This document shows positions 1-11,344 of a stretch of DNA of 64,000 bases, in pieces. Within the stretch, counting starts at the first letter, position 1. Each line of letters begins with the position of its first letter. Both the position numbers and the translations under genes were made by a program. Source of the stretch: Tubiluchus corallicola (taxonomy: Eukaryota; Animalia; Priapulida); NCBI GenBank assembly GCA_030141605.1, contig JAQGDQ010000012.1, forward strand, positions 434,001 through 498,000. Reading direction: 5' to 3'. Under the pieces are notes generated by a model that had not been told where the DNA came from, made no database searches, and was given only the letters and a program-made list of their open reading frames with translations.

Positions 1-284
1 AAGTCACTGTAGTACCAGACTAGCAATGACTGTATAAAATTATAACTAGTGACATGGATCAAGACCGGCTATTGTTGGCACAAACTTCATTTTGTGATAG
101 GTTCGAAGAACCACCAGAAAAGATGAACAACTGATAGCGCCAAGCAGAGTATAATTTGTGCTAGCGCCCACGACTCTGCTTTTCATGTTGAAATTAAAAA
201 TGGATCAAAAAATTTACACTATAAGTTCTGTAAATATAAGAATACATCTAATAATAGTGTGAGCCCTCACGTGAGTCAGTAATG

Positions 285-480
285 GCAAAACTTTATTTTG
301 ACAATTTTTAACTTGTGACCTTGACCTTTGGTCATTTAAAGCAAAAAGCAAATGGGGGCTCCAGGTCACGCCCAGACGTTTAAGCTTCACATGCCAAGTT
401 CGATGAATATAGATTCATCCATTTTTAATTTACTGTGCAGACACACTGGTCGGGCATACAGACGCACAGGCACGATTGAA
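285..480. repeat. Probable non-autonomous interspersed repeat (Helentron/HINE-like)
   Basis: TGTGACCTTGACCTTTG motif, CCAAGTTCGATGA, then a degenerate CAGAC/CACA microsatellite. This layout is common in invertebrate HINE-like repeats (family assignment is inference). Confidence 0.45.
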
Positions 481-3433
481 TTATTTTAATGCCAAAAATT
501 TTCTAACGTCATGAATAGCTTTTAATAGTGCTAAGAAAGATGAGTACAATGCTAAAGTAGTTATTATTAAGTGTGTGCCATTTCAAAAGTCAGTACTTAT
601 ACAAAAACCTACTGGGCCGTGGAAGAACCGACAGCATAAATTTTTTTTAAACCATATCCTATATGTATTATGAATTTCATAGATTCACAGAATTTATGTA
701 AAAATTCCAAGCCAGCGTAGGACCGTATTGCTCTCTTAGGCAAGATGAGATACAGTCCAGGTATTTAAAAACTCCCATAATCTCAATTTCAATGTTTCAC
801 TTTGGCTGTTGATAAAAGTAGAAAGTCCACTGTGAGTGAGTATGAACTTAGTACAAATTTGTAGTAACAGCTACGTTAAATGAGGTCTATTTATAACACT
901 GTAAACAATGAGAAATCTTAAAAGAAACTTAAAACAGCATGAACTTTTTTATTATGCAGTGTAAAACACTTAATTAAACACTTGGTGGAAGAAAGCACAT
1001 GTTAAACATTTCTGCCAAGCTCAACACCCATTATTTACTGATGTCCACAAACTAAATGTCAACATCCTCAGCGAGGAATGCCCAAGATCCGCATTTGTGC
1101 AATGTGCATGTAGTTTTAGGAATATAATATGAAAGCCTGAAATAATCTCAATTTAGTAAACTAATTGTTCTCTCCCGCAAAGTTAAACTGTTTAGTTAAT
1201 GATTAATAACGATGACTGCCACGTCCAAGTGTAAACTTCTTCGTCTCATTACCACTAATTAATGATGTAATTAAAGGCAGAAAATGACAATCAGATCCGC
1301 TCCAATTTTATTCGCATAAAATTTTCAAAATGACATTACTTGGAAATTTGTCAGTGAGTAACATTAACTTGGTCACATTACTTTAAAAAGTCAAGTACAT
1401 TAAATGTACGGTAGTTTATTGTATAAATGAACAAGCAATGCTGTATTAAAACGTTCATAGACAAAACAGTGCCTTTCCATAAAAAGTATATACCCATAAA
1501 TGCAGTTATAAATCAAAATAAATAAATGTAGGATACAAAACATACAAATATTTTGGATATTGCTATAAAAATTTCACTTGTATTGAGCATCTTATATTAA
1601 TTACAAACAGGATATAAATACATCGGAATAATATTTATTCAAGGTTAAACATTCGTTGGCAAAGTATTTATGCTTACCTTTATACATACACCCCTTAACT
1701 TGTCTTACTATTAACACTGTAACAGAGTAATTATTTCAAAATTGTATAAATTTCCAAAACGTGTATTTAGGGTGATAATGTTTTTATGTTTGACCTTTTT
1801 AGACAGCTGACACTACTGTGCTGTTTAAACAACTGGAACTTCTAAATACTTATTATACATATTAACAATGTTTATATAAGCCTATTTTTATGTAAACTCC
1901 ACAACAATTTGCTTCCATCAATCTCATCATTCTCAAACTATTTAGTGCAAAAACCTTAATATACACACATAGACTAAGATATAATACCCAAGTGAAATGC
2001 ATATATATCTCCCAATAAAAAGTTATTCTAATTTTTGTAAATTTTATAAAAAAAATTTTACTCAGCAATTTCGAATTGAATATTACCCGAAATTAATATT
2101 TTAACTACTATCTCCATGTTAAAAATGATTAGAAATATTACTTATAATTGTATTAATACCCATTTAATACTGTGTAACAGATGTGTCACAGTGACACATC
2201 ATGAATAATTTTTATGTTTATTATGTTTGTGTACAAACATATGTTATATGAGACGGTGTTCTTCCTTTTTTGGGTTTTATTACAAAGATGCACAGGTAAT
2301 TGTTGACAGTGTTTATTTGACACTACCTCAAAAATAAACTGTTATGTACTTTTTGGTTCTCCTGTATTTACTTATAGAGAATTCGTTTCTTACATTTCAA
2401 ATAACTCAAACTTTAAAACTATTAACCTGTATATTAGAGTGTAATAAAATACTAATTAACACTCACAAGTAACATGATATGTGCTATTTTATAAGCAAAA
2501 GCCCCTGCTGAACGCGACAGCTTGGAACTGCCCTGATAGGAGAAATCGATCAGCGAGCACAAAGAACCAGTATACATGTATGGCAAATATATTTGCTAGG
2601 TGTTTAATGAGGCAGTGCAAATGTCAATAATTAGCACAACCAAGTTGAAATTGGCTTCATCTAATAGTACAGGTTTCATGTAGTGTGGATTTTAGGTGGA
2701 AGTCCTTTTGCAACTGACAGCGACATATTGATCAGAATTTTCCATAAACAAGAAAACCTTTCTCTAGCATTTTCATTATGACATTTGTTGACATACATGT
2801 GTATACATGTATACACACAGTTTTTGTCCAGCAAGTAACTACTCTTACTAAAATGCCGAAAATATTGCACACAATTTGGATGATCATATGACTTTTATTG
2901 GCCACAAAAAAATCAATGAAAGTTACTATCGTCTCAAAAATCTACATTGTTTGGTGCAAGCAGCACTGACAGGCAAAATATTTAAAAATGCGAAATGACC
3001 CCAGACTTGTGAAGCGACTGCGTCTGCAAATAAACAGGTAGAAGATCTGGGAAGCTCTTGTTTCGTTTCTCGCAAAAGAAGTGCTCCATTTATGTCCCTC
3101 CAGAGATGATTTCTGTCCCTGGGATTAGAGGTAGTCTGTACACTTTTAAGACCCTTGGTAACAGGTCTTCTATTAAAATTTCACATACGAGATAAAAACT
3201 TTATCATCAAATAAGCTTTTATATAATAAGTGCAGAAAAGCATGCAATATACTGGTACTAAAAATGTCTAATAAGGCTGAAGCATCAAACACTTATAGTA
3301 ACAAAATTATGAAATGAAACGATTCTGCTAATGCTTTCAACTGTAACTATTTGTACAACTCACACAGTTGCTTTAATGTGGATTCCTCAGCAAAAAAGCC
3401 ACAATTACCATGCAACACCTAAAAGTTACTTGC

Positions 3434-3517
3434 CTGTTTTCCAGGACTGTTTTTGACTGACAGTAGTTGCTCCAAGATCAAGTCAATGTCCAAATCAGGT
3501 TTTTTATTCATTGTCAT
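3434..3517 (-). CDS. First coding exon of a PP1-like serine/threonine protein phosphatase catalytic subunit (partial; remaining exons lie left of the window)
   Basis: Minus-strand exon 3535..3434 has acceptor tttatcttttAG, an in-frame TGA, then ATG at 3517 encoding MTMNKKPDLDIDLILEQLLSVKNSPGKQ. This resembles the PP1 N-terminus (LNLDSIIGRLLEV..SRPGKNVQL). It ends at a CAG|GCAAGT donor. No GDIHGQ exon was found in 1-3433. Confidence 0.7.
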
Positions 3518-3883
3518 ACTGAATCCATCAGCTCACTAAAAGATAAATAACATGCTTTTGAAAATAGAAGCATTAATAGAACCAACATGTTATATTTCGT
3601 GGTGAAAGTCAAAAGTACAAGTTACAGATCCTTCGTTACAACATAACTTACTATACTAAATCAGTCAACTCTGAAATGCTATTAATCAACAACATAGCAT
3701 TACCAGAATTAAATACCAAATGACGTTAAAGTCCTGAGTCAGATCAGAATGTATCTGAATGCTAGCTAATTAAATGGTAAGTATAAAGCTTGCTATTTTT
3801 AGCACTAACAGCCCACCTGTGCCCAGAGAAACACAGAATGTAGATGCCTTCTCCGTAATTTCGTAAAGGAATTAAAGGAGTTT

Positions 3884-4020
3884 TATATATATATATACAT
3901 ATATCACGTGTGTACACATATGTATGTTATATGTTATATATACATATAGACATATATACATACATATATATACTATATATCTATATATTTATATGTGTGC
4001 ATGTATGTATGTAATGTATA
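3884..4020. repeat. Degenerate (TA)/(CA)/(TATG) microsatellite
   Basis: Alternating purine-pyrimidine tract seen directly. Confidence 0.85.
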
Positions 4021-7000
4021 AGATTTAGCATAATGTAAAACAGAGATAAATGATGATTACTATTACTAGCTAGCAAGAAAAATGGAATACACTTAATTAC
4101 AGACAACTACAAGTTAGCAAGTGAAGTTGTGATTACTGTGCTAACACATTTCTTCCAAGGTTTACAAATACTGCTAGAATTTCCAAAGCAAAACACGGAT
4201 GAATAGAATTCTAGTATAAAATTCATGAACAATGACAGTTTACCTAAATGATGGAACACATAACACTTTTTTGCAACCACCTGGTCTGTCACTAACAACG
4301 GCTCTACATTTTTATCAAAGGAGTAGGACAAATAAGAACACTACACAACACAAGCAGATACTGCAGAAACTGCCAATTATATGTACAGAATTTCAGGTGC
4401 AAACAACTTATAGCACTGCTGTTGCACCTGCTACACAAGCATGTTGCACAGAAGTGTACATGAAGCCAAGCAGGCAGGTATACATATGCTGCAAAAATGC
4501 AGAAATTGATTGCTAACTCAGGCAGCCATGCAGCTCAGTATTCAGAAACAACTCACTCTAAAAAGAAGGTTGTGTAAACAATAATGTAAATTAATGTGAG
4601 TTCTGTCCTATAAAGGATGGTTCCGTCTCACTCACTATTAATCGCTGCCACCATTAGCTTTACCTGTTAGCTTCAGTGATCTTACTATCAATACTAAGGC
4701 TTGCTAGATTGCTTGTTACAGGACATGCAATAATTAAAAAAATAGATATTCAGGGGTTTGACCATTCTTTGTCTGTATATTATCACTGCTGTGACATATA
4801 TGTTCATTCTTTTTCTCCAGTATTACATTCTAATTCACACTCCCGTTGTTTAAATTCTCTCAGCACTACCCTATCATGGTAACTCATTTTTGCAAATTTT
4901 CAGAAATAAACGAAAACGTTTAAGAATCGCATAAAATTGGCTACATTGGGTATAAGTCAATCATCTTTTTGGCAACAATGATATAATTTCAATCGGAAAC
5001 TTGTCAGAACATAAAAAAATAAAAACTCATTTGTAATTATAAGTTTTTGCTCAATTTTGTACTTGCTGTCTTTGCAACCAGTAGATTTTTCATGGAAAAG
5101 GCAGTAAGTTGCTTTATGTCATTCGTTATTAATTCAGCATTCAAGGTAAAAAGACAGTAAATCAATTTACTGTCGGCATGCATACATAAGAATAACAGGC
5201 TGTAACTCTCAAAGCACTATAGAATTGAAGTTGGTGGGACAAAATATTCTTTTATATCTAAATGAATTGGCTTTATAAGGTATCCACTAGGCAGCTATCC
5301 ACTTACGGTCTGCATAGTCAAACTCGTCAACTTTTTCAAAGTATCATTCTAACACACAATCTTAGTAGTGAAAATCAAACAACATGTCCCTAATCACACA
5401 AAATGTTTACTAAACGACAGAGAACAAGCATTATTGATGCTTATTCAAGGGCATTATAGATTCATATAAGTTGTCACAGAATTGTCTCATGTTCCTTAGG
5501 AATGGTATCTTAGAGGAGTTTTTTCTAAAAATGAGTAACATTGCCAATCTGATCAATTATACTAGAGACCGATATATTAGTCTTTGATTAGATTATGCTG
5601 AGTTGAAAAAATAATTATCGGAAAGACTATTGAAAAAATGCAAAAAACAAGATCAATCACCAAGATTTTACACAAACAATATAGATCAAAAGAAATTCCT
5701 CGAAAATTAACATTGAGACAATTGTGATTAAGGTGATTATGACAATCTATTCCATGATAGCTGGACCTAAGAAATCCGTATCTGTTACATTTGTTTCAAA
5801 ATTAATCAAATCAAATCAAAATCAAATAAAAAATTAAACAGTCGAACAGGCAAAATCAAGTTCCCTACTTAATTATAGTCTAGCAGATTGGTGAAAAATT
5901 TGCTAATTTTGCCAAAAAGCTAGGAACCTTTGCACAATGCTACCCAAATTATCACCCATCAAGGGGACAAATTTTGGATATTAGCCTAATCGAAAAACAT
6001 CCAATATGGCCGCCATTTTCAAGATGGCCAACAATATGTGGCTGTTACAAGAATCTTCGCTGTTAGAACAGATATGATAACATTTATGGTGTCTAAATAA
6101 TTATCGTTTTCAAGGTCAAGGAATCAACATGGTTAAAAAACCATATGACATCACTTCAGTTAGGATTTCATAACGTTGCCAAGATGGCAGCAAATGTTTG
6201 TTTATATTAGGTACATTGCGTATTCTAAGACAAATAGGCAAATTATGATGGCATACTTATAGATTCAGGGTTGTATCCAATATGGGTACCACGTTCAAGA
6301 TGGTTAAAAAGAAAAAATGGCTGCAGCTATCTTATAAAAACTGTATGGTCATATGAAATTGTGATTGCAATGGGCTCTAGAAAATGATCAACTCTGTCAA
6401 CGTTCTGTGGCAATGCTGACTGCATCTAGAATTTCTGCAATTACAAAGAGAAAGAAAATAATAACTTTCGTTCTACAGGCGCTAAAATTATTCTCACATA
6501 CATTGACAGCTGCAGAAGAACCTGCCAGGCTGTCAGTGACCATGTGTATCCAAAATTTCTGTCAAAATGTATCTACAAATAGACTAACTACAATAGAATT
6601 CTTGTGGGAATGAACATATCTCAAGTTAATGATTGGCCTTTCACTGATATTATTTCACCAATTAAGGCTGTAAATGAAGTTTCTGTCTTTTACTGTGAAT
6701 GTTACTAGAACTGCATGATTACAAAATTTGGACAAAAAAACAGCAAATTGAGTTGCTGTAAAAAATCACTAGTGACATCGTCTCACTTTTGATTGCAAGT
6801 GAGAGCTAACTGAGATTATAATTATTAATTAACTACACAGGGAGAATTCAGGCTCATTTTAATCAAAAATAACACATAACAAAAAATAAATAAAGAAATT
6901 AGATGGAATCTCTCTAGCATGAATGATCTAAGATTGGAAATGCTGATTTGGTTAGCCAGCTATAAGGAATGCTCTTTGGACTGCCTTTACCAGGCTTCTA

Positions 7001-7046
7001 CACCAGGTCACCGAAGTCACCAGGATTGGTGACTTCGGTGACCCAG

Positions 7047-7195
7047 TGACGCCTCTACAGCTAAGGTGTCTGCCTTGTAAGCACAACGTCCCTGGTTCAA
7101 ATTCAAGCCATATTCCAACTTCTTCACATTTCCTGTTTTTTTAAATTTGGTATCAAAATTTAATCAATTGTAGGTTTGTACCATCAATAATAATT
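7047..7195 (+). mobile_element. tRNA-derived SINE-like repeat, copy 1
   Basis: tRNA-like head (ctaaggtgtctgccttgtaagc...B-box ggttcaaattc), then the shared body ttccaactt.ttcacatttc...tttggtatcaaaattt..aatc.attgt.ggttt.taccatc. Confidence 0.75.
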
Positions 7196-7234
7196 ACTGG
7201 GGTACGTGACTGGGTGACTTGGTAATTTTATTGT

Positions 7235-9405
7235 CAATTGCTTCTTCCAGTCAAAAATATTCAAACAAGGAAGTTAAGATGCTTTAAATTCCCAGTTTTT
7301 TATCAACATTTTGAGATTTCTCCCGTCTTCAGGATCACAATAACATTACTGTAAAACGAGGACATTTTATCGCTACAAATGACTTTTCAAATGTGTAGTG
7401 ACAAAATTGATCTAACGGTGGAAATGCTGAATTTGTGTTAGCCGGTATAAATGATGAAGTTTGGAGTGCCAATTTTTTATACAAACCAAGTGGCCACATT
7501 GTTTCTAGTGTTCTTAATATCATTGAACATAAAGAGGTTAGACAACTTACGGCCTAAATATACGGAATCGGGATTTAAAGATTGGCATATATTTATTGAT
7601 CTATAAAGGAGTCCATTAATAATTTTATTACTAAAACGTGTTTAAAATATAAATTAGACAGGGAATGCTTCAATCATTGGTTACAGCGTGTAGATGGAAT
7701 TTTGATAAACAGGATCACTTTTTGGAATAATTACTTTAAGTTTTTTAATTGTGGACATAAACCTATTTTTATGTAGGTGGGATGTAAAGGATTTTGTGGA
7801 AAATATTACCTTCATGTTTTGCTGGATGAATTAGGCATTGATAAATATACTTCTGCTGCTGCGGGGAATAATACATATATTTCCGTTACTAAGTCTAAGG
7901 AAGAAATTATTTTTCTTCACAAAAATGCTTTGCTTTTAATTATTAAGATCAGGTGTAAAGATAATAATTTGTGCCTACCAAAACTTTTCTGGTTACCTAA
8001 ATGACCTAAAAATCCATACAAAAGTAGATTTATCGCAGGAGCTAGTAAGTGTTTAACAAAACAGCTTTTGGTTTTAGTTAATGAAGGTTTAATGGTTGTT
8101 AGAGATTATTTTAGGAGATACTGTGGTGCTATAGCTAAAAATTCATGTGTTAATATATTTTGGAGCATAAAATCTAATATAGAGTTTTTGGATAAGTTTA
8201 ACAGAGTAAATATTTCTTCTGCTCAAGTGTTTGGTTTTTCTACTTTATACACTAAATTAGAACTGAAATTAGTTAAGAATGGCCATATTTTGGACATTGT
8301 TTTCAGTTCATTTAATACGTATTTATGTGTTGGTTTCAAAAAGCCGTTTTTAGTGGAGTGTCCCATGCTGGCTATCATAGCTTTGATAAGTTCAAATTTA
8401 AGGAAGATATTGATTTCATTTTGTTTAGGACATTTGTTACATTTTGTGACCTTAAGTTTCAGCAAATTAAGGAATACCAATGGGGAAATTGTAGTCCATT
8501 GTTAGTTAATACTTTTTAAGTTTTCGTGACTTTCTTTTATGCAGAAAATACTAAAAGAGAAAAAGTTACGTCTACCTAGAATACTTTCTAATACTGCAAA
8601 TATATCGATGACATTTGTGTGGTTAATTATGAATTTTTCAAACTTTTATTTATAAGATTTATTCACAGAGTTTAGTGCAACATGTAGTGGCAGTAATAAC
8701 AAGTCTGTTAATTATTTGGATGTTTCTGAAACAATAACTGATAGTTGTGTACAACAGGTATTTTTCATAAAGTTAACGATTTCTCATTTCTAGTCGTTAT
8801 ATATACTTTTCCTTCTAGCAACATTCCACTTAGCACAGGTTATAATATGTTTTCTGGTCAATTACTTATGCATGCCAGGTTATGTTCAAGCAAGGAGGGG
8901 TTTTTGGCTACGGCAGCTAGGTTGTGTAATATTCTGTCAAATAGGGGTGCACTACGACAAATCTTATTCAATCTTATGAAAATACATTTAAAAGTTGTTG
9001 TTTTCTTTTATTTAAGTTTGGCTGGTATTCAATTAAACAAGTGGCTATTGTCTTGACCTGATTTTGGTGACGAGAAACCTGTTTAGCCTTTTGTCACTTT
9101 GCGGCCATATTGCATGAGCCTCTTCTTGTTTTTAAGTCTTTGTTGCAGTTGGTTTACGTTAAGTGTTTTGTCTGTAGTTATCACGTTAACATCTAAGGTT
9201 GGGCAGTCAATGTTACTGGCCCCTGCAGGGAAAGTATAAAGATAGAGAATAGGGACCGAAATCTGAATCTTTCCCCGTGCCTCACCTGATGACCCTGTTC
9301 GTGATAATTTTGTGTGTGCGAAGCTGTAGATTGTATGATTTGCAGTTGTTTGTCTCTTTTTGTTGTTTGTTTGTGGTGTTGATGTCATTTGAGTTTAACT
9401 GATCA
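7235..9405 (+). mobile_element. Decayed Penelope-like retroelement (RT and thumb, frameshifted; no C-terminal GIY-YIG visible, as in Naiad/Chlamys-type PLEs)
   Basis: Fragmented plus-strand motifs in the expected order: FLYKPSGHIV..LNIIEH..VRQL..GPKY, YLHVLLDELG, LPKLFWLPK*PKNPYKSRFIAGASKC, FSTLYTKL, FQQI.GIPMG/NCSPLL, YIDDI, VNYLDV, KVNDFSF.V..FPSSNIP..GYNMFSGQLL.HARLCS. Many stops and frameshifts. Confidence 0.85.
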
Positions 9406-9407
9406 CT

Positions 9408-9590
9408 GGGGATATGGTGGCCTAGTGATCTAAAGCATCTGCCTTATAACCTGGAGATTGCTGATTGAAATCCAGGTTGCATTCCAACTTTTTCACATTT
9501 CAGTCTTCAAGTTTGGTATCAAAATTTAATCCATTGGGGGTTTATATCACCACTGATAATAATCTTGACATTAACTGTTTAAAGATTATA
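9408..9590 (+). mobile_element. tRNA-derived SINE-like repeat, copy 2
   Basis: A-box tggcctagtg, degenerate B-box gattgaaatcc, same body as the copies at 7047 and 42467; ends aagattata. Confidence 0.75.
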
Positions 9591-9971
9591 ATAACTATTT
9601 CGCCTTGTTTTCCGTAGGCCTACATATTTTACATTTAATAATAATGTCACCCAAGGTAAACTTTTTTTGGAAGTTGAAGGACAGATAGCAGTTGTTTTAA
9701 GTGTTTTTAAAATAAAGCGGAAGAACTCTCAAAGCTAAGGCTGATCCAATGAAGCAACTGCATTCTCAGTCTGTTCTGAGTACTTCACGTGAGTTATTTC
9801 CTATGCGAATATGTTTCATATGTCAAATTGGAGAGGTAACTGATGAGGCAATGTTATGTAACAGATGTGAAAGTTGTTTGCAATCTTGTTTACCACTTTT
9901 CTTATTTGTATTCATGTAATGCCCCTTCGAATTCGTAGAAGATAACAACACTAAATTAGAGATTATCATTA

Positions 9972-10014
9972 GTGGTGGTGGTGGTGGTGGTGGTGGTAGT
10001 AGTAGTAGTAGTAG
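9972..10014. repeat. Compound (GGT)n(AGT)n microsatellite
   Basis: agtggtggtggt...agtagtagtag seen directly. Confidence 0.9.
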
Positions 10015-11344
10015 ATGTGATCAGGCAGTGTTAAGCGTGGTGGATGTGCTTTTTGTTTGGAGATTGTTTTAATTTATACAAAATTGAGCTATTTCGTAGT
10101 CACAAAGCAGATCTGCTATCTTTAGATCGTAAAATGGTTTTTGTTAAAATTTCTTTTCCACATAGTCTACTTCTATTGCATATACTTTTGGTGTTTTTGA
10201 AAACTGTTTTAACTAAATATTTTGATTATTTTCTCTGTTATTGAAAATGTGTTATCTATGTATATCAAGTGTATTGTGCGTGGGACTTACTTATCAAATT
10301 TAAAATGGGCTATTCCACCACCAATTACTGCTTGCTATAGTACTTTCATAGATTTTATGGAACAGAATTTATTAGAGCAGAAGTGTTATTACACTAAATA
10401 GAACCAAAACTTCTATTTAGTGTAGAACAAGATACAACAGACCACATGTTTAAGTGCGTCAAACTAACTAAAATAAGAAAGTGGAATGCAACAAGCAGGT
10501 ATGTATCCAGTTTGAATAGTGAAGTATTGAAACAAGTAACCCTGTACGTCAAAACAACAATGGAATATCGAAATGATATGGGAGTAGAACGTTTAGAAGA
10601 TGTAGAAGAATGGCAGTGAATCTGAAGTGCAAACCAAAACAAGAAAAAAATCAGAGAAGGGAGACTCGCAGGCACATTTGTGCAGGCTCGTTCAATAGCA
10701 ACGAAGGGGGTTTAAGTAAGCATCACCACATAATCACCACGTAGAGCAAAACGTGCATTTTCTCGCACGAACAAACTGTTTTGTCTTACAGTTGAAGTAT
10801 GCCCTTCGTTTACCAAGAGCGACCATCATTCTCAGAGCCGGATGAATGATATTGCAGACAGGGTGTCCAAAAATGCAGGCCCTAAAAGCGTTATAACTAT
10901 AGGACTAAATGTGAATGCACATGCAAAATTTCATCAGCATATTGATTACAATATAGACTTATTATATTGCTGACAGCAATTTAACATTTCTACAGACACG
11001 CGCATTAATACGGACTCCGCATCTGATGCCCGCAAACCCGCTTTCTTCGCCTCTGCTAACACTGTATCAGGTGCTGACTGCTAAAGCGCAAAAGCCAAAA
11101 CTAGAAAGGACGACAATGCGAAATGTTGTTAAGTAATAAAAAATGATCTTACTGTATTGCACTGCATCTCTAAATAGAGGTCATACGACAGCAGAAAACC
11201 ATGGAAGCCACCTTCCTTTATCTTATAATTTCCTCTGCTTCTTAACTTTTTATTGTTACTAGAGCCTAGGAAATACGAGAAACCTTTTTTCTAACCATCA
11301 CATATTATTACTGGTGCGCTCTCCTTGTCAAATTTCATCTTAGT

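Noticed and set aside
7047-7115. tRNA gene
   Set aside because: The acceptor and D stems do not pair, and the sequence continues into a shared repeat body; it is a SINE-like head.
8002-8004. In-frame TGA in the PLE RT as possible selenocysteine (some Naiad PLEs are selenoproteins)
   Set aside because: It falls at the M/L position of WLPK(M/L)HK, not a Cys position. The element has many other lesions, and I could not fold a convincing SECIS downstream.
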